Source: Callorhinchus milii
Lineage: Eukaryota
NCBI RefSeq assembly: GCF_018977255.1
Contig: NW_024704742.1
Span: 66,714,001-66,778,000, forward strand
Length of the DNA: 64,000 nt
Direction: 5' to 3'
A program made the translations under genes and the position numbers. Position 1 is the stretch's first letter. The number at the start of each line of letters is the position of its first letter. This document shows, one piece after another, positions 12,268 to 25,708 of the stretch. The notes under the pieces were generated by a model, which worked only from the letters and a program-made list of their open reading frames with translations, made no database searches and was not told where the DNA came from.

Positions 12268-13280
12268 TAACAACAACAAATTTATATTTATAGAGTGCCT
12301 TTCAAGTTGGGAGGATATCCCAAGGTGCTGGTCGAGGGAGTTGGGGAGGAAAGCAAAAGACCGAAGGTGTGGTCAAAGAGGAAAGTTTTGAGGCAGGCCT
12401 TGAAGGAAGCAAGGGAAGAGGCAAGTCAAAGGGACTGTGGGTTGGAGTTCCAAAGACTGGGGACAGAAAAACTGAAAGCTCGACCTTTATTGGTGGGGCG
12501 GGCAGGACGGGAGATTTGAAGCAGGCCAGAGCCCCCTGAGTGGAGGGAGAGGACTCGTGTGAACAGTTTGAGAAGGTCACAGAGGTAGTTGGGGAAAGAC
12601 TATAAAGAAACTAAAAAATGAGAACAAAGATTTTGAACTCAATCCTCTGGGTGATGGGGCACCATTGGAGCCGGGCAAGAATGTGGGTGACAGGCTCATG
12701 GAGTCCAGTGAGGGAAATGACATGAGCTGCAGAGCTCTGGTTAGTCTTCAGCTTGTAAAGGGATGAGGTAAGCAGTCTGGCAAGCAGAGGGTTGGCGTAG
12801 CCGAGCGTAGACATGATGTATGCATGGATTTAGGGTCTCGGCAGCTGGAGAGACAGGTTGTGGTAGAGGCACACAAACTTGTGGAGGTGGGAGAAAGCTA
12901 AACGAGTCAAGACACAGATGTGAGGCTTAAAGGACAGCTGGGAGTTGAACTAGACACCAAAGGTCCACACTGGCTCGACGAAGTGAAAGTGTGCATCCAT
13001 GTGGATTGACAGTTGAGAATTAAACAAAACACTGAGGTTCTGCACTGGTTCTGTGAGGTGGCAAGTGCATCTCTCTGGATTGACGTTGTCAGTGCCTGAG
13101 GTGAGAAGGCGCTGACAGGAGCCAAGCAGAAGAGCTTTTATCTTGTGAAAATTCAACTGGAGAAAGATGGCTCTCATTCATCAGCAGTTAATGTATAGAT
13201 AGTAAAGAGGAGAGTACCGAGGACAGAGCCCTGAATAATGCTACACGTAACAGTGTGGGCGTGGGAGAAGCCATTTGAAG
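12268..13280 (-). mobile_element. L2 LINE, 5'-truncated, decayed RT domain and 3' end
   Basis: Minus-strand peptides QGSVLGTLLFTIY, MRAIFLQLNFHKIKALLLG, VTHILARLQWCPITQRIEFKI; L2 tail near 12270. Confidence 0.93.
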
Positions 13281-13687
13281 AGTCACAATCATTACACTTT
13301 ATAGTAAATCCTCTGAAGCGCTTTGAGTTGCCCCTTCGCTCTGTAACTCCCTGCCTCAATCCCTCCACCTCACCCCTTCTTTATCTATTTTTAAATCCCA
13401 CCTGAAGATCTATTTCCTCAACCACACCTACGGACACCAACCCCTCTTCCTGCTCCCTTGCTCAGTGTCCAACCCCGCCACTATTCAGGACTCAGAGATG
13501 CTATTCTGGGTGAAGGGGGTTATAAAAATGCAAGTGTTTTTTGTTGCCCTCCTGACATGAAAAGCACTATCTTAAATGCAAGGAATATTATTTTCAACAT
13601 TAATATCATTTGTTATTAATATTATTATTATTATTATTACATCAGAAAAAGTTTGGAGGGTGTCATCAGGCTGACTGTCTATGTGAA

Positions 13688-14850
13688 CAAGAACAACAAG
13701 AACAAAATTACATTTGTATGGCACCTTTCACATCGGGAGGACGTCCCAAGGTGTTGGACAGTCAGTGTTTCGGATCCAAGCTGGGGGTTGGGATTGGGGA
13801 GGGTGGAGGGTAGGGGGGGAAGCAGGGTGATCGAAAGCATGGTCAAAGAAGAGGGTCTTGAGATGGGTCTTGAAGGAGGCAAGGGAGGGGGCGAGACGGA
13901 GGGACTGTGGGATGGAGTTCCCGAGGGTGGGGGCAGAGTGGCAGAAGGTCTGCCCACCAATGTTTTTTTAAAGGAGTGGTTAGGGTACATGTGGGAACAG
14001 TGCCAGTGGACAGGAGAGAGGTTTATGATGTGTCTGAGTAGAGGAGCAAAGCAGTGGAGCTGGGAGGTCAGGAGAGGGGTAAGGATCGGGTCGAGGGAGC
14101 AGGTGGTCGGTTTCATGCAGCATATAGTGGTGATGAGAGAGGAGTGGGAAACAGGTTCGAAGGAGTGGAGGGAGGGATGGGTAGCGGCCGGGGTGAGAGG
14201 GGGAGATGGGGAGAGTGTAGTAGATGGAAGGGCAGAGGCAGCTGAGCGGATCCCCTTGACGTTCGATTCCAGGAAGTCCAGCATCGCCTCGCAGTTGGCA
14301 TTGGAGGTGAGGATGGGCAAGGCGTGAGAGGGTGGGCTTAGGAGTTGGTTGTTGATGGAAAAGAAGAGCCTGGGGTTGTCCTTGGCTCCAAGATTGTCTT
14401 GGAGTAGAATGATGATTTAGCGGAGGCGAGGGTGGAGCGGTAAGATTTGATAAGGTCCATTCAGATCTGTCGATGGACCGTTAGTTTGATTTAAGCCAGG
14501 TGCGTTCAGCGGCACACACCTGTGCTTTAAGGCAGCGGAGGTGGCTGGGGTACCAGGGCGACTTTCGTGAGTAGGAGACGGTTTGGGAAGTGCGGGGAGC
14601 AAAGGAATCGAGAGAGGTGGAGAGGGAGCTGTGGAGAAGAGTGCCCGAGGAGGATAGGTCATTGCGGGATGAAGCCCAGAGAGGAAAGAATTCATGTGAC
14701 TCTAAGGCAGCCAGGAGGGGTGGGGGGGAATTTTTTTCCAGGGGTGGTAGGAGATGAAGATGGGTTGGGTAGCAGTGGGGAGAGGAATTGAGGAGTTAAG
14801 GAAGATGAAGTGATGATCCGAGATTGCTTTGTCAATGATGGTGAGGTCCG
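13688..14850 (-). mobile_element. L2 LINE with internal deletion (endonuclease end and linker joined to 3' end)
   Basis: AISDHHFIFL (APE endonuclease SDH motif); MKPTTCSLDPILTPLL...LLRHIINLS (pre-RT); jumps near 13960 to the ORF2 end, 3'UTR and tail. Confidence 0.92.
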
Positions 14851-15949
14851 AATGTATTGAACCAAACTTCCAGCTGTGATGCAAGATCAGAAAGAAAGAA
14901 CTGTATTTGTGTAGTGCCTGTCGTTCTCCTTCAAGACACCTTAGGTCATTGTTGGCAAATGGCAAACAAATGCAGCCATTTTGCACACAGTTAGGTCTTA
15001 CAGACGGCCAATAGGTTGGTGACCGTTTGTGATTGATCTGGAAGGTTGTTAGCCACATCAACAGTAAATCCTGTGACGCGCTTTGAGATATCCTGCTGAA
15101 GTGAAAGACGCTACACCCAAAAGTAAAGATTATTATTTTTTAATTTAATATTAATGTTATATTTATACTCCGCCTTTCATGTTAGAAGGACATCTCAAAG
15201 TGCCTCAGAGAGCCAAATGGGGGCCTGCGCTGGGAGAGCGGGGAGCCAAGACACTGGGTGAAACTCGCATCACTTTTCGATTAGAGTCATTGCAATCATT
15301 AATATCCTGCGGTGACTGGCTGGCGATCAGGACCTCAGTTTAGGGTCTTATCTGAAGGATGGCATCTGCTGATTATAGGACCCCTCCAACACTCCAACTG
15401 GAGTGGCAGTCTGGAATGTGAAGGGCGTTATATAAATACAAGTTGTTGTTGATGTTGTTCTTGACTGTGAGCTCAAAGACCGCAATATGAGGAGCTCGAC
15501 GACACAACCTTCTGATCCAAGAGTGAGAGTGCTACCCACCGAGGCAGGCTGAGACAAGATAATAGGAGGAATAAAGCTGAAGAATAAAGGCCCTTAATCC
15601 ACTTGATTTTGTCAATCCAAAACGCATCAACAACTTGCATTGATCGAGCACCCTTTACATGGGGTATTGTCTCATAGCACTGAACAATGACGTAATTTAA
15701 TGCTGCAGTTGGGAGAGGGGGAAGTGACCGTAGGCACAGTCGAAGAGGAAAGTCTTCAATTGTGATCTGAGGATGGACAAAGAGAGGGCAATCAATCCTT
15801 AACCGTCCTTTCAAGCTGTTGCTTAAACACGCGTTAAACTTTAACACAGTGCTCTTAAGCCTAAGAGGGTGAGAAATCTCAAGCCTCAGGAAAAACAGAT
15901 GAGTGAGGCGGAGGGGAAAGGGTCTTGCACATATAGCTTAAAAATGTAA

Positions 15950-16680
15950 GTCAAATCCAAATGGATTATCATCACATACCAGAGCTAGACAGTAAGTAGG
16001 ATTCGGTGATGGATTCATTGAGTCCTTTAAAATCCCATTTGTTTTAAAGGGCGTGTTTTAAATTACTACCCAATTATTTTGGAGGCAACAAAGGAGTAAG
16101 TTTAATTCCGGTGATTTATTTGATTGAAGATTCAGCCCTGATATGCCTTCCGACCCTGAGCCATACGAACACATACACACAGACACTCACACACACACAC
16201 GCAGCTCTGATAGCAGTGAGTATGCAAAAAACATGCAAATCGCAAGGTACGGAATCTTTGAAGCAGTCCTTTGAAGGAATGGCTACAGTTTAAGGGCAAA
16301 TTATTTGGCATTAATCTCGGGCACCTCTTAACATGAGAACAAAAAAAGGAGAAAAATGCAGGTTTCACTTTCTTCATTACGGCCCATCGACTTCAGCCTA
16401 ATCTTAAGCAATTAAAATTCCCTCCCGGAGACGTTCTCATTGAAATGAGGGAAGTGGCAGAGTGGCTGAATGGTGTGATGGATTCGACGTAAAGTTTTCC
16501 CCCGGACAAACTGATTTATCATGTCTCATTTGAACAATCCGGCCTCGCTTGCCTCATTTTTCATCTTATTACCGTGGACTTGTAATTAAAGGGGAAGAGC
16601 CTACAGCAAAGGGCTAACCTTCAAGCCAGTTGCGATTTGGCCCGGACTTATTTGGTAGCAACAGAGCAATTGTTCTCTTA
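15950..16680. promoter_or_regulatory. Putative enhancer with four PBX-HOX (TGATNNAT) motifs
   Basis: TGATGGAT at 16007 and 16476; TGATTTAT at 16112 and 16512; essentially repeat-free. Confidence 0.45.
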
Positions 16681-17719
16681 GGCTGAGTTAGAAAACTCTT
16701 TCTTTCTCCCCGATTGTCGATTGGCCAGGTGGTAATAATCCCTCAAAAAAACTTTGGTCAATCAATCCACGACTGTTTGTGGGACATTGCTGTTTGCAAT
16801 TGGCTGCCGTATTTCAAAATAAACAGTCAATCCTCTTTACAATATGTTCTGTGAAGCTCTTTGAGATGTCTTAATGACATGTTAAGGCTCTATATCAAAT
16901 GCAAGGATTATTATTATTATTAATAATAATATTGTGATAGTTCACGGTGTTAAGAGGATATAGCAGTGACGCCCACCTTCAATAAGGGGCAAGTGGCTAA
17001 TAAAAAAAATATTTTCCAATGACCAAATCCCTTTCAAGGCAAGTGTCTCCATCCATCCTGCTCAGACATAGAGAGGGGGAGGCTGGGATAGAAACAGAGA
17101 AACAGACCCTGGTTATCTTGCAGGAATTCCAACCAGCTGCCCAGCCTGTGTGTGTCGCTCTCTTTCACACTCTCTCTCTCTGTCTCTCTGTATATGTGTC
17201 TGCCTGTTTCTATCTCCAAATCTCTCCAACTTTCACTCTAGGGCATTCTCTGTTTCTATGTCTATTCTATTTATTTCTCTGACTCTAATGTTGAATATAG
17301 ATAAATAGTATTTTGAGGATATATGGAAAAGGCAGGTAAATGAGATTGAATGGATCACTCATTCAAAGAGCCAGCACAGACACAATGGACTAAATGGCCC
17401 TTTTCTGCTCTGTACATCACTGTAGTTCAAACCCATTTTGAGGATAGCCTTTATCATTTTTTTTCTTTGATCATCTCATTCTCTCTATGCATTTCTCCAA
17501 ATTGCTCTACAGGACTTCCTCTACCTCTAATAATTATCTTTACATTCGACATAGGAGAGGATGTTTCAAAGCACTTCACATGATATACTGTAAAGTACAG
17601 TGACACTGTATTCTGTAGGCGAACAAGGCAGCCAATTTGTGCACCTCAATGTCTGATAAACAGCCATAAAATAAATAACCACGTCCCAAGACGCTGGAAA
17701 ATTAAGGATGTGGATCCGA

Positions 17720-18020
17720 GCTGGGAGTTGGATCAGGAGGGGTGGAGGGCACGGAGTGTGGGAATAGGAGGATGACCGAAGGCATGGCCAAAGAGGAGGG
17801 TCTTGAGATGGGCCTTGAAAGAGGCAAGGGAGAGAGCAAGGCGAAAAGACTGTGGGATGGAGTTCCAAAGGATAGGGACTTCAGAGAGGTTTAAGTCCCG
17901 AATGCTGATGGTGGAGCGGGCAAGACGGGGGACATGGAGCAAGCCAGCTTCTGCTGAGCAGAGGAACATACAGGTTGGTATGGAGGAAAGATTGTGAAGT
18001 ATGTTTAACAGGGAAAGTGA
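17720..18020 (-). mobile_element. L2 LINE 3' fragment
   Basis: Minus peptide PILWNSIPQSFRLALSLASFKAHLKTLLFGHAFG. Confidence 0.9.
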
Positions 18021-18229
18021 CACATTAAAAGTACTCAGTGTCAATGGGGGAAGATGGATGTGACTCAGGTTACATCCCCATTCCCCATTCCACTAGCTCT
18101 TCCCTTTCTATTTTAGATGTGCTTTTCATGAGAAAACTTTCTTCTCTATCCCAGCTTTACCCTTTTTTTATTAAAACCATTTTGAATTCATATGACACGC
18201 CTACTGGAACAATACAATTTTAAACACAA

Positions 18230-18710
18230 AAGATGGCCATTCGACCCATTATATCTGTGCTGTTTCTCTTAAGAGCAATCCCTTCAGTCCCATTTTCTGA
18301 ACTTTCCCCTTACCCCAGTAGCTGACTCTTTTTAAGCTATTTGTTTAGTTTCATCTCGCAGGCCAATATAGATTCTACCTCAACCACCACTCCATATCCT
18401 AACTACTCTGCACAAAATAACTTCTCCTGACCTCCCCATTTGCTCGTTTACTAACTATCTTAAATTGATGTCCTGTAGTTACTGACTATTATAATTTCTC
18501 CCTATTGACTCCATCAAAACCGCTCTTCATTTTAAAAACTTCTCTCAGGTCAACAAGCATCAATGGGGGCTTCTTTGTTCAACCTTCTCTGTTCCAACAT
18601 AAAAATGTCTCAGTTCCTCTAGTCTCCTCTCATAGGCCAAACTGCTCGTCCTCGGTATCATCCTAGTCAATCTCCTCTGCAACCCCTTTATCGCCATGAT
18701 GTCTTTCCTT
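18230..18710 (-). mobile_element. CR1 LINE 3' fragment, old
   Basis: ggccattcgaccc (reverse CR1 3'UTR) and ggtatcatcctagtcaatctcctctgca (reverse of Q.R.TRMIP). Confidence 0.8.
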
Positions 18711-19134
18711 TTACTTGTATTTTCAACAAGTAATTGTTGAAATATTTTCTTATAATACAGTAATAGAAAAATCCTTTAATTATCTATTTGATACCTTATT
18801 GTGCCTTATCATATCAGGAAGACTTCTCAAAGCACTTCACGTGATTTACCGGAGAGTATAGTGATTTTGCAGACAACGCGGCAGCCAATTTGCTCGCAGC
18901 AATGCTCACAGAAATGAATGGCTAATTTTATTCGAGGAATTGTTGACCACGACACTGGGGAAACAAATTCTCTTTTCAAGAACCATCATGGGATCTTTAA
19001 CATCTACCTGAACAGGCAGACGGGGCCTCAGTTTAAAGTTTTACCTGAAGGACAATATTGCAGCTTCATTGCAATGGAGTGTCAGCCTTGAGTTCAACTT
19101 GAGACTTGAATCCACAACTTTCTGACCCACTCCT

Positions 19135-19478
19135 TATTCCCTGCCATATCCTTCTATTTCCCTCTCCCTCATGTGAGGGTCTAGCTTCCTCTTGAATACA
19201 TCTACACTATTTAATTCAACCACTGCTTCAGGCAGCGAAGTCCACAGTGTCACTACCCTCTTCATGAAGAAGTTCCTCCTAAATTCTCCAGTCGCTATAT
19301 TTGTGACTCCTGGTTACGGACTCTCCAACAAGTGGAACAACCTATTTATGTTAACTTTATTGAACCCTTTTACAATTTAAACAATGTTATTTGGTTCCCC
19401 CTTAAATGTCTCTTCTGAAAAAACCTATCCAGTCTATCATGATAGTGGTAACCTGCCAGTCCTGGTATCATCCTCGTA
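19135..19478 (-). mobile_element. CR1 LINE fragment
   Basis: ggcagcgaagtccacagtgtcactaccctc...tgaagaagttcctcctaaat and cctggtatcatcctcgta. Confidence 0.8.
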
Positions 19479-22127
19479 GAGGACAGACAGATACTATATT
19501 TATTTAAGGTGTCTTCTAAGGCACAGACAGGCAGATAAATAAATATCAATCGTTGTTTTATTTATATAAAATCACCACTCCTGTTCCTCTAGTCTCTGCC
19601 TTCAACGGGGTGACACTTCAGAGTGGGTATTTAACATTGGCTCCCCGTTAATAAAAACCCATTAAAAGAAATTTTCCTCCCTCCATAATGAAGCATTGAA
19701 ATTGAAAGATAAAACAAACTAGGTCATCAGTACACTTATAATGGGATTTTTATTTTGATAGTAATAAATTGGTCGATCACCTTACAGGTATTTGTGGAAG
19801 ATTGCTATGTGCAAATCAACTGCCTACAAATAATAACAATAATAATCTGTGGATTTGATATGGAACCTTATCACTTCATTGAGACATCTTAAAATGGTTC
19901 ACATGATTTTGCTGTCGCTGTGCATTTGTAGGTGAATATTTTTCCAATTTTGTTTCACAGAGCAGTGTCCCACAAACAAGCAAAGTGAATGGTCAATTTT
20001 ATCTGAGGGATTCTTGGCCCAGAACCCTGGGAGAACCACCTTTCTCTTTTCGAATAGTGCCATGGGATCTTTAACATCGCTTGAACAGGCAGACAGGACT
20101 TCAGTTTAATATTGTTGGCTTATTGTCAAATCCATAACCAAGGAACACAAGTCTAAGATAAAGATGAGGTGATCTAAAACAAAATTTAGCAGGAAATTAT
20201 TCACACAGATGTCAGTGAGAATGTGGAACTCGCTAGCCAATGCAGATAGTATAAATGTATTTAAGAGGAAGCTGAATACAGAGTGAGTGGATCAGAGCAG
20301 CATTGGCAGAGGACATAGGCTGGGAGACAAACCCACAATCTGACGGATGAGGAAAAAAGAGAGGAGTTCATACCTGATCCAAATGCATAAGGTGAGGTAG
20401 GGGATGGGAAGGAGGGGGAGTGGGGGGCAGGGAATGTTCCCACTATAGGGCAAATGTGCAACATTTGCTTAAAATGGGAAAAGTTCTGGGTTTCTTCCGT
20501 ACGATACAATTTACATTTATTTAGCACTTCTCACTTCGGGAGGACATCTCAAACAGTTTTACACAGCTGGCCAGGCACCTGAGCCTAGTGGATGGCTGGG
20601 TGGGCAGGGTGGTGGGTGAGGATGGGGGGTTGTCAGTTGGAGGAGACTTGGAAAGATGTCAAAAGTGGAGTCATAGAGATAGGCCTTGAAGTGGGCTTTG
20701 GAAGTGTGGAGAGAGGAAGATATTCTTGACGTTGTCATTTATAAAGCTGTGATCTGCGATCTGCAATCTAACCTATAAAGTGATTTGAGGATGATTTGTA
20801 GATGGTGGGCAGTGTTTTGTGAACACATGAATATTCTGAATATCCACAGGAATAATGGAACCTGTTTAATAATCTGAAATAAACAGAAGCAGCCATGAGG
20901 TATTCCCTGGGGTGTCCCGGTATTAATGTCTCAAGGGTACAACTCAATTTCCTTGTGACCAGCTGTGCTCACTTCTCTGTAAAAGCTATTTGTTCAGTCC
21001 CTCTCCCTTCCCCCTTTGCTCCCCAACCCACATTTTTTAAAATATTTTTTTCCTTGACAAATATTTGACAAATGAATATTCATGCATGGAGTCCTGTAGT
21101 GCTATTGGTTAGAGCACTCACCTCGCAAGTGAGAAGACGTGGATTCATATACAGTTATATACAGTTTGACTATATACAAAATATACAGTCAAATTCACTT
21201 TACAGTATATTCTGTGAAGCGCTTTGAGACGTCTTGAAGATGTGCAAAGTTGCTATGTCAAATGCAAGGATTATTATTTATTATTATGTGTGTTCATAAG
21301 ACATTAGCTAATTTCCTATTAAAGTTATTATAGATTCCGCTTTGAAAGCAACTATTTTGTAGTTCAGCTTTCCAAGTCTCTATCCATCTTCAGGGATGCT
21401 ATATAAATGTAAGTTGCTGTTGTTGCTTTAATTTGAATGACCGATTTTGTTTTCACCTCCAAAATACACAGTGACTACGCTTTACAGTAAACCGTGTGAA
21501 GCGCTTTGAGACGCCCTCCTGAAATGAAATCAAAAATAATAAAAATCATTGCTCTTTCACATCAGGAGGACATCTCAAAGCACTTTGCAGGATTTACTGT
21601 AAAGTGTAGTGATCTTGTGGGTGAATGCAGCAGCCAATTTGCACACAGCAATGTCCCACATGCAGCCATGAAGTGAGTGACCAATTTTATTTGGGCGATT
21701 GTGGACCAGGACACTCTCTTTTCTTGTAAAATAGCGCCATAAGATCTTTAACATCCACCTGAACATAATCTCAGACAAATAGAAATCAACAAAATCAAAT
21801 GTAAGGATTATTCTTCTGCTTCAGCCATTGTTTTGTCCAGACTATTAATATTTTATTTAAAATACATTTCTAATCTCTTTCTCTGATAACATTTGGCAAT
21901 AATGCTACATTTCTCTGCTCTGGCTTCCCACTCACCATCCAGTAGAAATAGTTATTCCTTATTTACCTTATCAAGAACTATTAACTCTCCCCTTTACTTT
22001 TCCCTGTTACGGATTAAACAGCCCAGGTTTCTCTTGTCTGTCCTCTTAAATAAAGCCCCTCTTCACTGGTATCACCCTAGTGAATCTCTTTTGCACCTTC
22101 TCTATGGCCTTGACATCATTTCTAAGG

Positions 22128-22545
22128 TGTCAGCCTGGCTTAGCTAGGAGCACACTCGCTTCTGTGTAACAGGGTTGTAGGCTCAGATTGGGACTTTGAG
22201 CTCACATAGTCTCAGCTGACGCTCCAGTGCAATGCCTGGGAACCGCTGATTGTCAGAAGTTCCATCTTCCGGAAGAGATGTTAAACCGAGGACCTGTCTG
22301 CCTGTTCAAATTTGAAGACCCTGTGGCACTATTTAAAAAAGAGCAGGGAGTTTCTCCTGGACAACAATCCCCTAGGTAAAATTAGTCATTGACTTCACGG
22401 CTGTTGTGGAGATTGCTGCATGCATGAAAATTGGCTGCTGCATTTGTCTACAAAATACACGGTTGCTACACAGTACAGTGTAGCCTGTGAATTGGTTTGA
22501 GAAATCTTGATGGCATGATAGGGTCCTATATTAAATGCAAGGATT
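22128..22545 (+). mobile_element. SINE family B (DeuSINE), full length
   Basis: gtgtcagcctggcttagct head; Deu domain gatgttaaaccgaggacctgtctgcctgttca; shared tail with (TTA)n. Confidence 0.88.
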
Positions 22546-22744
22546 ATTATTGTTATAAAGTAGTCATGGCAGATCCTTGTCAGAACCCGCTTTTTCGCCC
22601 TCAAAATATACAGTCAATCCATTTTACAATATATCCAATAAAAAGCTTTGAAACATCTCAACAACGTGATAAGGTGCTATATTAAATGCAAGGATTATTA
22701 TTATTATTTGTTGCGTTTTAGGATCTGTTGTTTGCAGAGATGTT

Positions 22745-22880
22745 AGGAGCAATGATTCTTCCCACACGGCTTCTGTTATCCCTGAAAGCCAAAAGCCCTA
22801 ACAGGTAGGGTGGTCCTAGCTGGCCTAGCGACGGGAAGCTTGTCAGACAGTGCTTTCAATGGCATGCTGTAGGGTTTATT
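22745..22880 (+). repeat. Family X copy
   Basis: ttcttcccacacggcttctgttatccctgaaagccaaaagccctaacaggtagggtggtcc...gggaagcttgtcagacagtgctttcaatggcatgct. Confidence 0.85.
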
Positions 22881-23842
22881 GCGGATTGTTTAGGTAATTC
22901 AGGCCTGTGATCAAATAATTTGTCTTTCATTTCCTGCAGTGGAAAACAACGAGGGCATTGGTTGTAAATTTTTCTCCTTTATTCAAAGATTTTTATGGAC
23001 GCTTAGGCACGCAAATCACCATGGCAACGGTTACACTAGCCTCCGACCCATTAGAGTAATGCCAGGGCCGTGCACCTCCCTCAAACTCTCGTTCCACATT
23101 GTCCACCTCCCCATTGAAACAGCAGGTAGGAGTCAAGCACATAGCTCGCCACAGCAGGACCTTAGTGCCAGTGAATGCAAGACAAGGTTATTCCCCCAAA
23201 GTTGCAAAGTGTCAGGCAGGAAAACCGACTGCAAACATCCTCGAAAATTAGCATTCCAAAGCCGTGGCCGTGGATGGAACAATAGGGGCTGAGTGAAAGA
23301 GCGTGACTGACCAAAGAGCTTTTTGTAGTTAGCTAAAGTCAAAATTCCCCACTTTGTGGAAATGGTACCTCATCTCCTTTCTTTTGATGTACAGGGAAAC
23401 CTCTAAACACTGTCCTCCTCAATCCCCAGTGTCCAAAAAACTGGAATGAACCACTTTTCCAAGAACTGGAGACCATCCGTGACAAATGACGCTCCGTGTA
23501 CTTGCGGACAATTTAACACGGACAGTGATCACAACAATTTACATTTATACAGCACCATCAATCCCACACCAAACATCAGTCATTCACTTCATGGCTGTTT
23601 GTGGGACATTGCTGTGTGCAAATTGGCTGCTGCGTTCACCTACAAAATGCACAGTCACTACACTTTACAGTGAATGCTGTGAAGCGTTTTGAGACGTCCG
23701 TTTTATCTGGGGGATTGTTGGCCTGGATCCTGGGAGAAACTTATCTTGTTTTTGAATAGTGGCATAGAATTTCATGTGTATGTGAACATTTCCTCTCACC
23801 CCACACCCACGGAATATAAACCCCTGTAAACGTCTGTACCGT

Positions 23843-24205
23843 GTGTCAGCCTGGCTTAGTTGATAACATTCTCACCTCTTTGTCTGAGGTTAAGGGCCCA
23901 AGTCCCTTGTTTGGATTTTGAGCTCAGAGTCTAGGTTGACTCTCCAGTGTAGTAAGGGAGCGCTGAGTTGCCACAGATAGAAAAAAAGACAAATTGTCTT
24001 TTGGAGATATTAAACCAGTCCGGCCTGTCTATCTAGATAAATGTATCTCCTGGTGACCTGGCCACAATCCTCCAGATACATTGATCATTCATGGCTGTTT
24101 GTGGGCTTTGCTCTGTGCAAAATGGCTGCCACATAAACAGTCACTGCGCTTGGCAGAATTAAGTGTGAAGCGCTTTGAGTTGCTTTGGTAGTTATTGGTG
24201 CTATA
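23843..24205 (+). mobile_element. SINE family B (DeuSINE)
   Basis: tgtcagcctggcttagttgata head through the shared tail. Confidence 0.8.
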
Positions 24206-24389
24206 GTAATAATAATAATCCTTGCATTTCATATGGCCTGCTATCAAGTCTCAAAGCTCTTCACAGGGTACAATGTAGAGTGTTATGACTGCATATTTTC
24301 TGGGCGAATATAAAAGTGCAGGTTTTTTCATTCAAACCTTCCTCTTGCCCGTCTCTCCTCTAAACTGAACAGAGAAAGACCAGAACGGC

Positions 24390-24745
24390 ACGTGTGAAGT
24401 GTGGTCAATAAACGTCTATCAACCCCCTGGCGGACAAAATGAGATAAATTTGTGTGAAGAATTAGTATCAATGTCTGGTGCCCCAATAAAAGGACATCTC
24501 AGGCCATTTGGCTCCGTGGTCAAAAACCTCAGAGTGGAAGGAATACGATGCAATTTGCGCAGGGCTGGAAGAGGCACTATTAGGAGAGAGGAAATCTTTG
24601 CAGAAAGCAATTTGCAATTTGTAGCCCAGAGTTTACTGTCACAAAGTGTAATTGATCATTATTTACTGGCTTGCCTCTGAACGGAGAACGACACATGTCA
24701 GGTGGTATTAACAGGCAGCTGCTACCAGGCAGGCATCTGTCGCAA
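24390..24745. promoter_or_regulatory. Putative non-coding element with CTCF-like site
   Basis: ccccctggcgg at 24423-24433 (reverse CCGCCAGGGGG); CCAATAAAA (posterior HOX/CDX-type) near 24483; repeat-free. Confidence 0.4.
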
Positions 24746-24749
24746 TTGT

Positions 24750-25057
24750 TTTGTGTGTGTGCTTGTGTGTGTGTGTTTGTGTGTGTGGTGTGTGGTGTGT
24801 GTGTTTGAGTGTTTTTGTTTATATGTGTGTGGAGTTATGTGTATTTGTGTATGTGTGTGTTTTGATGTGTTTGTGTGTGTTTGAGTTTGTGTGTGCTTGT
24901 GTGTGTGGGGGGTGGGGTATGTGTGTTTGTGTGTGTTTGTTTATGCATGTGTGTGTATGCGGGGGGTTGTGTGTGGGTATGCATGTGTATATGTTTGTTT
25001 GGGGGGGGGGAGGAAGGCTGTGCATTTGTGTGCATGTAGGTGTATGTATGTATGTGC
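24750..25057. repeat. Degenerate (GT)n low-complexity tract
   Basis: Read directly; explains the CV/HT-rich ORFs. Confidence 0.97.
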
Positions 25058-25409
25058 CGCTCTGATTCTTGCTCTTGGCTGTTAGACAGCGGAAAACAAA
25101 ATGCCCTGCTTCTCCATTCTCAAATGCTTCCACATTGTATTGATACAGCGATCTGCTTAAATACTGATCGCTGGGCTTCCAGGTACGAATGCTTCCTGTA
25201 CAGTCTGGGAGTTCACATGTTCAATGACAAACCCTTTTCTCCTGGCTGCCTTTGTGTTTAGGAATTTTAAGGTTAACGATTAGATGTGACTTGCCATGTT
25301 GCTAATTCCCATAAGCAAGTGACTTATGTCCTACTCAAGCTGTGCAGTGTAGTGTGCAGTGAGTTGGACATCCATGGATTACTGTGTACAGTTCTGATTG
25401 TTGTGACAT

Positions 25410-25708
25410 ATAATAATATAATAACCCTTGCATTTGATATAGCACCTTATCACATGGTGCAGACATCTCAAAGGACTTCACAAAATATGCTGTACACTGA
25501 ATTGACTGTATATTTTGTGGGTGAAGCAGCCAATTACCCCTAGAAAGCGATCCTCCAATCGCCTAACATTCATGTTTCTTCTTGCTGCTAGGTAAATAGA
25601 GGTGTGGGGAGTAAGGAAACTTGACTAAGGTTCTGCCCTGCCCGAGAATCTAATCTGGGTCCTCTCGCTTGTGAGACGAGTGTTCTAACTAATACGTTAC
25701 AGGACTCT
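25410..25708 (-). mobile_element. SINE family A with internal deletion
   Basis: Reverse tail at 25410-25530; reverse head ending acaggactc. Confidence 0.85.

Noticed and set aside
13653..14327. 224-aa + strand ORF
   Set aside because: Antisense shadow of the L2 fragment.
24702..25133. Cys/Val- and His/Thr-rich ORFs (also 8418-8888 and 63295-63776)
   Set aside because: Translations of simple repeats.
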